The notes beneath the pieces were generated by a model. It was given only the letters and a program-made list of their open reading frames with translations. It was not told the DNA's origin and did no database searches. Of a DNA stretch of 64,000 nucleotides, positions 34,814 through 44,734 are shown one piece after another (the stretch's first letter is position 1; the number at the start of each line of letters is the position of its first letter). Origin of the DNA: a virus. Taxonomy: Duplodnaviria > Caudoviricetes. A program made the translations under genes and the position numbers. The stretch is taken from IMG/VR virus record IMGVR_UViG_3300010352_001543; one strand, 5' to 3'.

Positions 34814-36839
34814 TTTGTTTTATAGCCCATTTTAGTTCATCTTCGTTATTTCTCTTCTTAGCATCAGTTGGGTCAGCAAACCACTCAATAATTTTGTATT
34901 GATAATCTAATTTTTCTTTTGTTTCCCATGCAGAACTACCTTGAATGGAATTATCAGGACAGTACATTTTATAACAAATTGAAGTTTCTGTTATCATTAA
35001 AACCTCTATTGCTTCGAGAAATGAAGTGCTTCGAAGCTGCAACAGGTAACATATACCTGTTTGCATATCCTTTGCATATAATTGTTCTTCCATTAAAATT
35101 TCCTAATGAATTATTATTCCACTACCTTCTTTGGTTTCAGTGTCTTCATCCAATGTTTCTAAGTCGGTTAAATAAGAAAAGAAAGCATCTTTGATAGATT
35201 CTATGATCATGTCTATGAATCCATTTACTGAATCTATAAACTGGTGTTTTCTGGTTTCTTCATCTTCAATTAATTCAATTGCTTTAGTTGCGATGTCTTT
35301 GGAGCCGAATACTCTACCGGTGAATTCTTCTTGTAAAAATTCTTCACTGTCATATACTATGACGAAATAATCATTAAATTCTTTTGAATTTTCAGATACG
35401 AAAGTTGCTAATTGCTTGTTCATTTTTAAGTTTCCTTGTTTTTATTGTTTTTGGATGGACCACTCTGATCTATCCGTTTTTTATTTCTTTTTATAATAAC
35501 CACAAAAATAGTTAGTTATTATCATAATGATCTCACCTACAATAATACCAATCAAAAAATATTTCATTTTTGCTCTCCGTTGTAAATTTTTAGGTGTTCG
35601 TGAGATAAGTAAGAGATCGTGTCAATCTCCGCTGGTATGATAATTCTCATCAGTGCATTGTCATTTCTATTATTCTTCAACATCCGGATGGAGTCATCTA
35701 TCTCAGTAATGACAAATTCAGGAGCTCCAAATTTTCTACATAATTCTTTCTTGCGTTTGATTTCATCTATGGCATTTTGGTTATTGGTTCGCCCGGAAGT
35801 AAATACCAAAAAATTAATTGATATGAAAATCAAAACTTCTAAGAGGATGATCCATATTTTTTTAGTTCTAATCTTCATTTTCATTTTTCCTATAAATTTT
35901 ACTCATCAAATCCATCAATGATTGCTCCAACTGGTTTTCTTGAAATTGTTGGAACAAACTCATATGTAATGATAACATAAATGATGGAGATGCTTTGGTA
36001 ATATTAACCGGTATTACCTTTGTGCCCTCGGTGTCCTTCGTTACTTCTAAAATAGGAAAATTTAATTCTTCTCCGGTTACATTATGAGAAGCAGTTACCG
36101 TTATTTTATTATTTTCTAATTTAAACTGGGCCATTGTTGAGATCCTCTAATTTTTGTAATTTTTTGGTTAAATTAATATATTTAATCAATTCTTGTAATA
36201 AGTCATTCAATAATTTTAGTTGCTTTGCTGTTACCCTTATACTAACTACTAAATTTAATGTAGAGCATATTTGGAAGTTGATAAAATTGTTCACTTGATA
36301 AAATATTTTTAACTCGGTATTAGGTGTTAAACTATCATAGTAAGTTCCTATGTGTCCAAAACATTTTTCTTTTTGATTAATTTTATAATTTAATCCATTT
36401 ATGCTACTGCATAAGGTTCTGAAGTCAACCATTGTCAAAACAATATGACCACAAACATTCAAGTAGTCTAATCTTATAATAACATAATCGTTGTCTCTTC
36501 CATCTCCAGAATAATCAATTTGGATTGAACTTAAGCAATCCGAATGAAATGCCATATATCCATCTGATTTGGTTATTCTATACATATTCATCAAACTCCC
36601 AATTACTTATATCTTCTGCTTTGTATTCATACTCTTTCACCGCCTGTTCCAACATAGGATCAGGGTCAACCAAGTCCGGGTCAAAATCCGGGATTTCTAC
36701 GTATATGTTAAACGTGACTGTTATCCTGGCTTTGACCATTGGTCGGTCATCTCTTTCATACTCATATTTTTCATCTTCAGCTAGAAACATTTTATTTACC
36801 TCTAAAATTATTAATTGTTATTTTAATTTATATAGTATA

Positions 36840-36864
36840 GACGTTGCAATTGAAATTTTATTGT
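36840..36864 (-). promoter_or_regulatory. Promoter motif copy 8
   Basis: ACAATAAAA-N12-CGTC. Confidence 0.7.
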
Positions 36865-36878
36865 ATATAAAAACAAAA

Positions 36879-36904
36879 AAGATTCGGAATTTCTTCCGAA
36901 TCTT
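36879..36904 (-). terminator. Intrinsic terminator
   Basis: AAGATTCGGAA-4nt-TTCCGAATCTT followed by a T-run. Confidence 0.7.
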
Positions 36905-37536
36905 ATAAAAAAGAAAAATTATGAAAAGTAAAACATGTAAAAAGAAAAGAATGAAAGTTATTTTAAAGGAAAGGAATCAAGTTGTTTCTTGATTATAGTA
37001 TATATTAACAACAACTGTTCATCATTCAAAGTAATTTCTAAATCATCCTTGTTATAAGCACTTTGAAAAATTAAAATTGTCTTATCTTCATCAAATATGG
37101 CTTTAATGGTGTTTTTATTATTCCTGCCATCGTCCCGACAATCGGTGAAATCAAATTCCAATTCACTGAATTTAAATTGACCATGTTTTATAGCATTATT
37201 TAAAAACTCCATGAACATTTTTACCTGATGTTTGAAAACAGTTTCCATAATGACTTTGAACTTGTCTGATGTAATTTTTAAGTAATGGTACCCTGCCGCT
37301 TCATTGGTGGATCGGGACATTAGCTGAATTTTTAATTTTGTTTTTTTATTTTTCTTCAAGCAATTAACAAAAGAAACCGGTCCGGTAGGTTCCAGTTCTG
37401 TTTCTTCTAATTGTTCATTTAATATTGAAAGTTTTTGCATTTTTTAATTTGTTCTGTTTTTGCCGGTTATTTCTAAGAAAGCCTTGTCCAATTCTTTTTC
37501 GTTTTTAAATGTTTCATAATTTATTTCTGAAGTATA

Positions 37537-37561
37537 GACGTAACAATTTAATTTTTATTGT
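37537..37561 (-). promoter_or_regulatory. Promoter motif copy 9
   Basis: ACAATAAAA-N12-CGTC. Confidence 0.65.
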
Positions 37562-37567
37562 AAATTT

Positions 37568-37978
37568 CTATTTACCCCAACCAACTTTTTCTAACGCCTT
37601 TAAAAAATTTTCTAATGATTTTCTGATCAGTGCTTCATAAGTACCTCCATTAATATCATTCTTATTTAATAATACTATTATATCTTCTAAACATTTTTCT
37701 ATTTCCTTTTTATTAGAAGGTAATTTACATGAACCGTATGTTCTTCCACTAGACATCCAAACTAGAAAAAAACTAGTAGAATTTCCATCTGGGTGATCTC
37801 CTTTGCCTTTATAATTAACTAATCCACCTGTGAAAAACTCAAAGTTATAAACTATAGATCGTTCATCATTATAAATTGTGTAGTCTGCTGATTTTTCTTT
37901 ACCGGTAAAACGGATGGAACCGGTTTTATAAGTTTTTTCTTCATTTAAGAATTCTTCTCTTGTTTTTAAGTGTTTCAT
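37568..37978 (-). CDS. Hypothetical protein with capsid-targeting-like leader (MKHLKTREEFLNE)
   Basis: Leader motif. Confidence 0.7.
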   Translation of the reverse strand: MKHLKTREEFLNEEKTYKTGSIRFTGKEKSADYTIYNDERSIVYNFEFFTGGLVNYKGKGDHPDGNSTSFFLVWMSSGRTYGSCKLPSNKKEIEKCLEDIIVLLNKNDINGGTYEALIRKSLENFLKALEKVGWGK

Positions 37979-37995
37979 ATTTTTATCTTTTTATG

Positions 37996-38598
37996 TTAAG
38001 CAACATTATCTTGAATATACTTGATCAAACGAGATAAATCCGTGCCCCAATGATCTTCGGGAAATTCTTTAGTTGTTAAATCTTTCCATTTAGGGTTAGC
38101 ATAATCTTTAATTTTAGCACCTTTTGGATACTCTATTATAGCAGGTGAATTTAGACCATCATAATTCAATGAGCCCAAAACAAAAAATCCACCTTTATTG
38201 TTTTTCAAAGCCATACCATCCGTACTGCTTTTACTCCATTTACCGTCGATTTCTCTTTGATAGTAAATACAAGGAACATATACTGGATCACAATGTAGTA
38301 TAAATTCTACATCATCTTTTCTTTTTTTGATTAATTTCCATAAATTGTCTACTTCCGATAGTTCTTCTTCTGTTCTTATAATACTATCGGGTTTGATAGT
38401 TTTTGATTCATTTAAGAATTCTTCTCTTGTTTTTACATGGTTCATAATTTTTACTTTTTTGTTATTAATTTTAATTTCAATATCAGGCAGCATACCATCG
38501 AAATATTCTCTATTAAATTTTTTATATAAGTCTTTAATATCATTGGAAACCGACAGCTTCTCGTTGATGGACTCAATATAGTTATATATAGTTTGCAT
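37996..38598 (-). CDS. SprT-like N-terminal remnant (from 38598) fused in frame to a leader-bearing gene starting at 38445 (MNHVKTREEFLNE)
   Basis: LYKKFNREYFDGMLP followed by an internal leader motif. Confidence 0.55.
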   Translation of the reverse strand: MQTIYNYIESINEKLSVSNDIKDLYKKFNREYFDGMLPDIEIKINNKKVKIMNHVKTREEFLNESKTIKPDSIIRTEEELSEVDNLWKLIKKRKDDVEFILHCDPVYVPCIYYQREIDGKWSKSSTDGMALKNNKGGFFVLGSLNYDGLNSPAIIEYPKGAKIKDYANPKWKDLTTKEFPEDHWGTDLSRLIKYIQDNVA

Positions 38599-38599
38599 A

Positions 38600-39127
38600 C
38601 TATGAATTTTGTTTCTTTTTACTTCTACCGGCATACTCTTCGATATCCTCTTTAATAGTGTCATAGAAATCTTCTATGTGATCGAAAACAGCAATCAGAT
38701 GTTTACATAAAGCACCTTCTAAGTTTGGATTTTTGATTTCAGGTGGCCTGTCTTCCGGGCGGATTCCATAATCATCAACATCCGCCATATATTGGTAGCC
38801 ATGAAATAAAAAGTCCTGGCAAGAACAATAAACATGAATATCACCAGCCTGTATAGCGGTTTCTATTTTTTCTTTGGTATCATATTTCTTCGATCTACTT
38901 ATTTGCCGGTAGTCAGGAATTCTAACCATTATGTTATGTTCTGTTCCGCTACCATTTGGATCAGTCGCGATAAATTTCAGTGTTTTTATTCTATCGTTTT
39001 TTACACGATGAGCCATTCCAGTATACCTAACTTGGATTTCCTTTGCTCTTGTTTTGCGTTTGCCTTCTGAATTTTTGATTAACTCATGTAGCATTCGCTC
39101 ATCTAATATGTTTGAAAGTATTTTCAT
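38600..39127 (-). CDS. SWIM-type zinc-finger protein
   Basis: VYCSCQDF...G.LCKHL. Confidence 0.7.
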   Translation of the reverse strand: MKILSNILDERMLHELIKNSEGKRKTRAKEIQVRYTGMAHRVKNDRIKTLKFIATDPNGSGTEHNIMVRIPDYRQISRSKKYDTKEKIETAIQAGDIHVYCSCQDFLFHGYQYMADVDDYGIRPEDRPPEIKNPNLEGALCKHLIAVFDHIEDFYDTIKEDIEEYAGRSKKKQNS

Positions 39128-39130
39128 ATA

Positions 39131-39973
39131 TTATATATTTAAGTCCGGTTCCGGAAGAAATTGTAAGTCCAGCGCATTTTTAAAATCTTCAAGTATCTGT
39201 TCTTTAAGGCCACCGAACAAATTAAATTTTGGATTATCCAAAACAGCCAACAGCGATTCATATGTTTTAGCATCTTCTATAGTAAAAGTTGGCCCAAGAA
39301 TTATATGAACCAATTCCTCTGGGTCATTAGTGATTATCTCTAAAACTGTTTTGGATGCTGTTTTTCTTATCTGTCCTTTTTTACCAACATATGAATATTT
39401 GGTTTTTTTCAATCCTTTGGAAAGGTCCAGCGCATATCGATCCATCTCTTTTATTTCACCATCTTTGTTATACGCTATAGAAAAAATAAAATTTCTCGCT
39501 ATGGCAATCAAAAGAATATTTCTATAGTAACTTTTGTACTTCGATTCATTTATTCTGTAGTCCGGAGAATAGCTTGCAAATTTTGTCCATTCGATTGAGT
39601 CGGTTAACATCAAATCCACTTGAACAAATTCCTTTTTCGTATAAGGAATAGGAAAAGCAATTGAAACTATATTGAAACCAATTGTCAGTTTCACTTCAAG
39701 ATCAAAAGCATTTTCTAATGCTTCTTTCAAAACATTCAAAACATCTTCATACTTACAATTCAGTACATTACAAAGTGCTTGTTTGTCCACCGCTATGTCA
39801 AGGTCTCCTGAAAGGTCATCAATTCCTGGTTTCTTTCCGGCAGAACCTACTAAAGCGTATTGATTTTTGTTTAGCCCCATAACAAAGAAAAATTGACTTA
39901 CTACAGCATAGTAGGTTTTATCAACTTCGTATTGTTTTATTGGTCGAGTGTATTCAAAAAGATTCCCACCCAT
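39131..39973 (-). CDS. Pol-beta superfamily nucleotidyltransferase
   Basis: LVGSAGKK...SGDLDIAVD and VQVDLM (GS plus DxD plus third D). Confidence 0.75.
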   Translation of the reverse strand: MGGNLFEYTRPIKQYEVDKTYYAVVSQFFFVMGLNKNQYALVGSAGKKPGIDDLSGDLDIAVDKQALCNVLNCKYEDVLNVLKEALENAFDLEVKLTIGFNIVSIAFPIPYTKKEFVQVDLMLTDSIEWTKFASYSPDYRINESKYKSYYRNILLIAIARNFIFSIAYNKDGEIKEMDRYALDLSKGLKKTKYSYVGKKGQIRKTASKTVLEIITNDPEELVHIILGPTFTIEDAKTYESLLAVLDNPKFNLFGGLKEQILEDFKNALDLQFLPEPDLNI

Positions 39974-40112
39974 TTCTTGTTCCTATTAATTGTTAGACAT
40001 GTTCATATTTCTGTTTTGCTTTGTTGTTATATGGATTTCGATACTCATTTAACCTTACAATAGCAGAAATTATCAAAAATCTCATATAAGCGATTTATGA
40101 GATCATTTTATA

Positions 40113-40137
40113 GACGAATACATTTAAAAATTATTGT
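40113..40137 (-). promoter_or_regulatory. Promoter motif copy 10 (variant ACAATAATT-N12-CGTC)
   Basis: Same spacing, intergenic. Confidence 0.55.
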
Positions 40138-40139
40138 TT

Positions 40140-41066
40140 TTATTTTACAAATACTTTGCCACTTACATGACAAACTGTCCGGACATATTCCTCTGTGAAA
40201 TCTTCTTCATTGTCAGCGCAGTAGTAATTTTTCTTCACTGAAATTGGACCATCTTCTAATGTTTCTAAATAGTTTCCAACACAATAAAAACTTCCATCTA
40301 TCTTTTCGGTTACACCTTTTAAACTTGTTAATTTGTTATTATAACAAGCATAATCACCATCAACAAACAGTGGACCATTCAATATTTCTGTTAATTGATT
40401 ATCTCCGCAATTAAATTCTCCTTTAACTTGTCGCGGAAAATTAGTGGAATATTTTAGATTGTTTTCGCTACAATTGAAATCTCCAGAAATGTAACCAAAT
40501 TGAATAGGTAATGTATCTTCATAGTATCTTTTAATCTTAACATCGCCATGAACATGACAAACACCATTGGTTATCTCAAAAGTTCCTTTAACCCAAGATT
40601 TTATCAATTTAGTTAATGTAACATCTGCTGGTATAAATATCTTAGAAGGGTCTAAATGGTTACTTTTTAAAATCTCTTTTACTCTGCTTGATACATCCCA
40701 GTTGGTATTATCATATCTATATCTACTTTTAGACCAACCATTAGACCCATTAGCATACGCTTTAAACATCCCATTAGCAAAAACAAAAACAGCATAAAAA
40801 TCTGTTATTATTTTTTCTTCTTCTCTATCTACATAATTATTCACTACAATATAGTACTCGGTAGTTTCTAATTGTAAAGGTGAGCTATCTAAATTATAAT
40901 CTTTGAATAAACCACCGAATGTTGTTTTATTATCTATCAAAAATTGTCGAGCTTCGTCTTGTGATGTTGGATGAAAAATAAGCAAAGTGTTAGATTTATA
41001 CACTATTGGAAGATTATTTTTAGTTACAATTAACTCTTCATTTATTATAGTTGAAATAGTTTTCAT
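40140..41066 (-). CDS. LRR-like repeat protein (G.F.C..N.L..L...P repeats) with leader MKTISTIINE
   Basis: About five 22-aa repeats in the C-terminal half. Confidence 0.75.
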   Translation of the reverse strand: MKTISTIINEELIVTKNNLPIVYKSNTLLIFHPTSQDEARQFLIDNKTTFGGLFKDYNLDSSPLQLETTEYYIVVNNYVDREEEKIITDFYAVFVFANGMFKAYANGSNGWSKSRYRYDNTNWDVSSRVKEILKSNHLDPSKIFIPADVTLTKLIKSWVKGTFEITNGVCHVHGDVKIKRYYEDTLPIQFGYISGDFNCSENNLKYSTNFPRQVKGEFNCGDNQLTEILNGPLFVDGDYACYNNKLTSLKGVTEKIDGSFYCVGNYLETLEDGPISVKKNYYCADNEEDFTEEYVRTVCHVSGKVFVK

Positions 41067-41092
41067 TTGTTTAATTTTTATAGTATATATTT

Positions 41093-41188
41093 TTAATTAC
41101 AATGACCTGTGGTTCCGCCGCAATGTCCGCTCATTATTGTTTCGATAATTTTCGAAATTTTTCTTAATAATTTGGTGTACATTTTCAT
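41093..41188 (-). CDS. 31-aa peptide MKMYTKLLRKISKIIETIMSGHCGGTTGHCN, candidate RiPP precursor
   Basis: ATG overlaps the radical SAM stop (ATGA); GC-richer core with a duplicated GHC motif; below the ORF-track length cutoff. Confidence 0.65.
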   Translation of the reverse strand: MKMYTKLLRKISKIIETIMSGHCGGTTGHCN

Positions 41189-42045
41189 CTCCATTGATTA
41201 GTTAAATTGCCATTTTCATAAATAACTCCATATTTATTTTGTCCTGGTCTGCTTAATAATTTGCTTACTACCTTAACACCATCCATAAACGATGCTTTTA
41301 AAGTTTCTTCACATAGAAAACAAGAACGTTTCAAAAGTAGCGGAGTTCTTAAACCTGGTATAATTTTGGTAGTGTCCAAAAAAGACTGACAACCATGATA
41401 AAAAGGTGAGCCTAAATCTATTCCGAATGTCTTTTCAAATGAAACGAAATGATTCTTACCGTGTTGAATTTCAGAAAGTTTAATCTCATTAAATCCCATT
41501 TTATCGTAATGTAACAAGCAATTAGTTATATCCTCTTTTGTATATAAGTGAGGTTTTACTATATTCAAATTGATTCTTATTTTTTCCTTGTTGGGTAATG
41601 AATCGTAAAATTTTTGCCTATCATATTTTGATTTTACTTTCCGAATGTCATCCGCTACATCTTCTTTGTAATGTTGAACGGAAAGATTGATTCCATCTAA
41701 ATTTTCCATTAGTTCAACAAATAAATCGAACCTGTCTTTACATATTTTCGGAACGGCCGTAGTGACATAAATTTTAAGGTTGGTTTTTTCCTTGATTTGT
41801 TTTACACAGTCCAGCAATTCAGGTAAATACAAACAAGGTTCTCCTCCTAAAAATAAGACATCATCATATCCGGATTGATTTTCAACTATTGTCTTTACGA
41901 TTGCACTTACATCCGGTTTATAAATACCTAAACCATCGTATTTCAGATCAATGCAATGATCACATCTATTGTCACAAGCGCTGGTGAAATGCACATCGAA
42001 AGAGTTGTACAAACCATCACAACAATTTTTCTGTAATTTTTTCAT
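41185..42045 (-). CDS. Radical SAM enzyme
   Basis: CDNRCDHC (CxxxCxxC), FLGGEP, INLS; extra Cys in GCQ and SCFLC. Confidence 0.9.
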   Translation of the reverse strand: MKKLQKNCCDGLYNSFDVHFTSACDNRCDHCIDLKYDGLGIYKPDVSAIVKTIVENQSGYDDVLFLGGEPCLYLPELLDCVKQIKEKTNLKIYVTTAVPKICKDRFDLFVELMENLDGINLSVQHYKEDVADDIRKVKSKYDRQKFYDSLPNKEKIRINLNIVKPHLYTKEDITNCLLHYDKMGFNEIKLSEIQHGKNHFVSFEKTFGIDLGSPFYHGCQSFLDTTKIIPGLRTPLLLKRSCFLCEETLKASFMDGVKVVSKLLSRPGQNKYGVIYENGNLTNQWR

Positions 42046-43283
42046 CGTTGGACCATGAAACTTTTGAATTCATTACCTATATGAACAAAATATGAACCGT
42101 TAGGTAAATCTGAAATATCTTCATCTTTATTTATATCAATTTGCTTAACCTCTTCTCCATAAATATTGAATATCGGAACCTTCAAATTTTCAAATTCATT
42201 AGTAAATATTGTTATTTTGTCAATTGCTGGGTTTGGAAATATCTCCGCTCTATCTTTTATTATATGATTCACGCACATACGAATGTTGAAGTCTGATAAT
42301 TTAGCCCGGAACATCCCTGAAGGAGAGCCAAACGCATAAACATAGTCTCCATTAATAATCAAATTTTTAATATTGATATTACTCATTCCTTTGGTTTGTA
42401 TCCAAGTATAACCCTTATTTCCGGTTGCCCAAACACCAGTTCCCATTGTAGCAACAAATAATCTATTTTCTGAATCTGTTACTATTGATGATATGTATTT
42501 AAGTTTAATATTTTTGTTGAGATAATTAAATGTTTTGCCGTTATCTATACTCGAGAACACCTTTCCTAACCTCGTACCCAAATATAGTATAGAATCCGAT
42601 AAATTTGTTGACCTTATACCATCTGCCAATTTTATACCATCGACTGATCGTAATTTTAGTAAATCCCAACTAGATTGAATGCTTTTCGAATAATATAAAT
42701 ATACTTCGTTTGAAGGTCCTTCGCTTGCTGGTAAATTCATATAGACGCCGTTTTTAGTCATTGTTATCGTTTCGATATCTAATGGAAGATTATCATCGGA
42801 ATACATCCAAACCCATTTATCACCATCAGTAAGACATTTAGAATATACCTGAGTGCCATTAGATAAACCTTCTAACAATATAACTACGTTGATGTCATCA
42901 ACGGCTATTGAAGAAATTCTCCAATGCAATAGTTCTTTATTAGAAGAACACCATTTTAAATTTTCCCAGCTACCGCCTAAATTAGTCGATACCCATAACT
43001 TAGTTGTGTCACCAGTTGTAGCAACAAATAAATTATTTTTATATACTTTTATTGAACTTACTGAATGATTGAAAGATTCAATTATTTTTCGATTCCAAGT
43101 TTTCCCATCATCAGAGGAAACAAACAGTCCTGTTTTTGTTCCGATAACAAGATTGTTATCTATAGAGGCCATACACCTAATTTCCGTTTTTGATATCTCG
43201 TTGTTTAGTATTTCCCATTGAGCGTTTGCTGTTGATACACAGACACAAATAATAGCGAATAGCAAAGTTGTTAATTTTTTCAA
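42042..43283 (-). CDS. Secreted BNR/Asp-box beta-propeller protein with T9SS type A C-terminal sorting domain
   Basis: Signal peptide ending ANA-Q; S.D.G.TW repeats; IFPNPA...IFNIYG...DISDLPNGSYFVHIG...F.V.R. Confidence 0.85.
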   Translation of the reverse strand: MKKLTTLLFAIICVCVSTANAQWEILNNEISKTEIRCMASIDNNLVIGTKTGLFVSSDDGKTWNRKIIESFNHSVSSIKVYKNNLFVATTGDTTKLWVSTNLGGSWENLKWCSSNKELLHWRISSIAVDDINVVILLEGLSNGTQVYSKCLTDGDKWVWMYSDDNLPLDIETITMTKNGVYMNLPASEGPSNEVYLYYSKSIQSSWDLLKLRSVDGIKLADGIRSTNLSDSILYLGTRLGKVFSSIDNGKTFNYLNKNIKLKYISSIVTDSENRLFVATMGTGVWATGNKGYTWIQTKGMSNINIKNLIINGDYVYAFGSPSGMFRAKLSDFNIRMCVNHIIKDRAEIFPNPAIDKITIFTNEFENLKVPIFNIYGEEVKQIDINKDEDISDLPNGSYFVHIGNEFKSFMVQR

Positions 43284-43294
43284 TTTGATGTTCC

Positions 43295-44734
43295 TTAAAT
43301 AATAAATTTATAAGCAATATATTTTCCGTCTTGAAGCGTATAAAAAATATACATTCCGTGGACCAAATTTTTCCTAATTAGTATGTCTATTGGTGTCCAT
43401 GAATGAAATCCCGAATCCAATAATTCTCCATTCATTGAAAAACACCACCAGGTTGTTTCGGATGTTTCGTTTTGTCTTAATTCAAGCGGAAGCACTACAT
43501 AAACACCACCATCCACGATCTCGGCAAATATGCTTTTTGTTTTTGAGAAAGTTGTTTCGTCCTTAACAGTTTGCGTTACTCCGTTGTTATAGATAAGTTT
43601 TAAATTTATGCTATCTTTTCTAATTTTTGATATATCTATTTTTAATTTTTCGTTCTCTTTTTTTAGTTCTAAGTTAATAACGTTTAAACTGTCATTTTTA
43701 TCAGATAAATACTCATTTAAGGAATCCTGTTCATTGTATTTTTCTTTTAACTCGTTTAATCTCGCTAAGGTCCGTTCACAACTATCCCTGAAAATTATTC
43801 CTTCTTTTATTGCAACTTCACAAGGATTACCAACTGTGAATTTGGCCATCTGAACAATTCGGAAATTTCCGTCATCAACAACACAATCTATATTATATTC
43901 ACCATTTTTATTGAATTTAACAGTAGCAGATTTTCCATCAAAGTAGTTGAAATCATTTACCAAAGCATTATCGAAATACGTGACAATTTTTACATATTTA
44001 AAATTGGAAGATTTCTCATATTCAATTATTTCATTGGTCCCGATTTCTCTTTGTCCCCACTTATTCAAGACTTTGAGAAAAACCTCTTTTTCTTTATATG
44101 GTATCGTTGGAGTTTCACATACCACTTGAACCGGATTATCATAATATAATTGGAAAATTGCAGGATTTTTGATGTTTCCATTACTAAGTGGCATTGTCAT
44201 AACGGATTTGTTTTCCGGGATGGTATATGTTTCCCAACGTCTCCATGAACTTCCATTATCGATTGAATATCTAAGTGTCATTTCATCCGGAGCTTCTGAT
44301 GGGTCAAATTTGACATAAAATTGATGTTCTGAATTATTGAAAATTGTGTCAGGGTATGAGGCAAATGAAAACTTATCTGAGTATTTACAAACTACGCTAA
44401 ATGTATTACTATTAACCCATTCGTTATCAATCTTACAAAAAATTCCAATTTTTGTAACTCCTGTCTCTTTTACTTTGAATGTAAATTGAACTGGGTTGTT
44501 TATCCATACGGTAGGTTCTGTTAAATTTTTCCAAGTTGTTCCGTTATTCACCGAGTAAGCAAAATAATACATGGAACTTTTTGAAGGTACATCATTTTGA
44601 TATTCGATTGTGTAACTTCTGCCAAAAAAACATTCGGTAGGAGTTGTAATAAATTCACCAGCTTTGACAGGTTTTGTGCATGCTACTATTAATGCTATAA
44701 TTGCAAAAATCAACATCATTAATAATTTTTTCAT
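43295..44734 (-). CDS. Secreted multi-domain beta-rich protein with coiled coil and degenerate T9SS-like C-terminus
   Basis: Signal peptide; YS.(N/D)NG..W boxes; FSMNGELL...L..GMYI......YKFII. Confidence 0.65.
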   Translation of the reverse strand: MKKLLMMLIFAIIALIVACTKPVKAGEFITTPTECFFGRSYTIEYQNDVPSKSSMYYFAYSVNNGTTWKNLTEPTVWINNPVQFTFKVKETGVTKIGIFCKIDNEWVNSNTFSVVCKYSDKFSFASYPDTIFNNSEHQFYVKFDPSEAPDEMTLRYSIDNGSSWRRWETYTIPENKSVMTMPLSNGNIKNPAIFQLYYDNPVQVVCETPTIPYKEKEVFLKVLNKWGQREIGTNEIIEYEKSSNFKYVKIVTYFDNALVNDFNYFDGKSATVKFNKNGEYNIDCVVDDGNFRIVQMAKFTVGNPCEVAIKEGIIFRDSCERTLARLNELKEKYNEQDSLNEYLSDKNDSLNVINLELKKENEKLKIDISKIRKDSINLKLIYNNGVTQTVKDETTFSKTKSIFAEIVDGGVYVVLPLELRQNETSETTWWCFSMNGELLDSGFHSWTPIDILIRKNLVHGMYIFYTLQDGKYIAYKFII

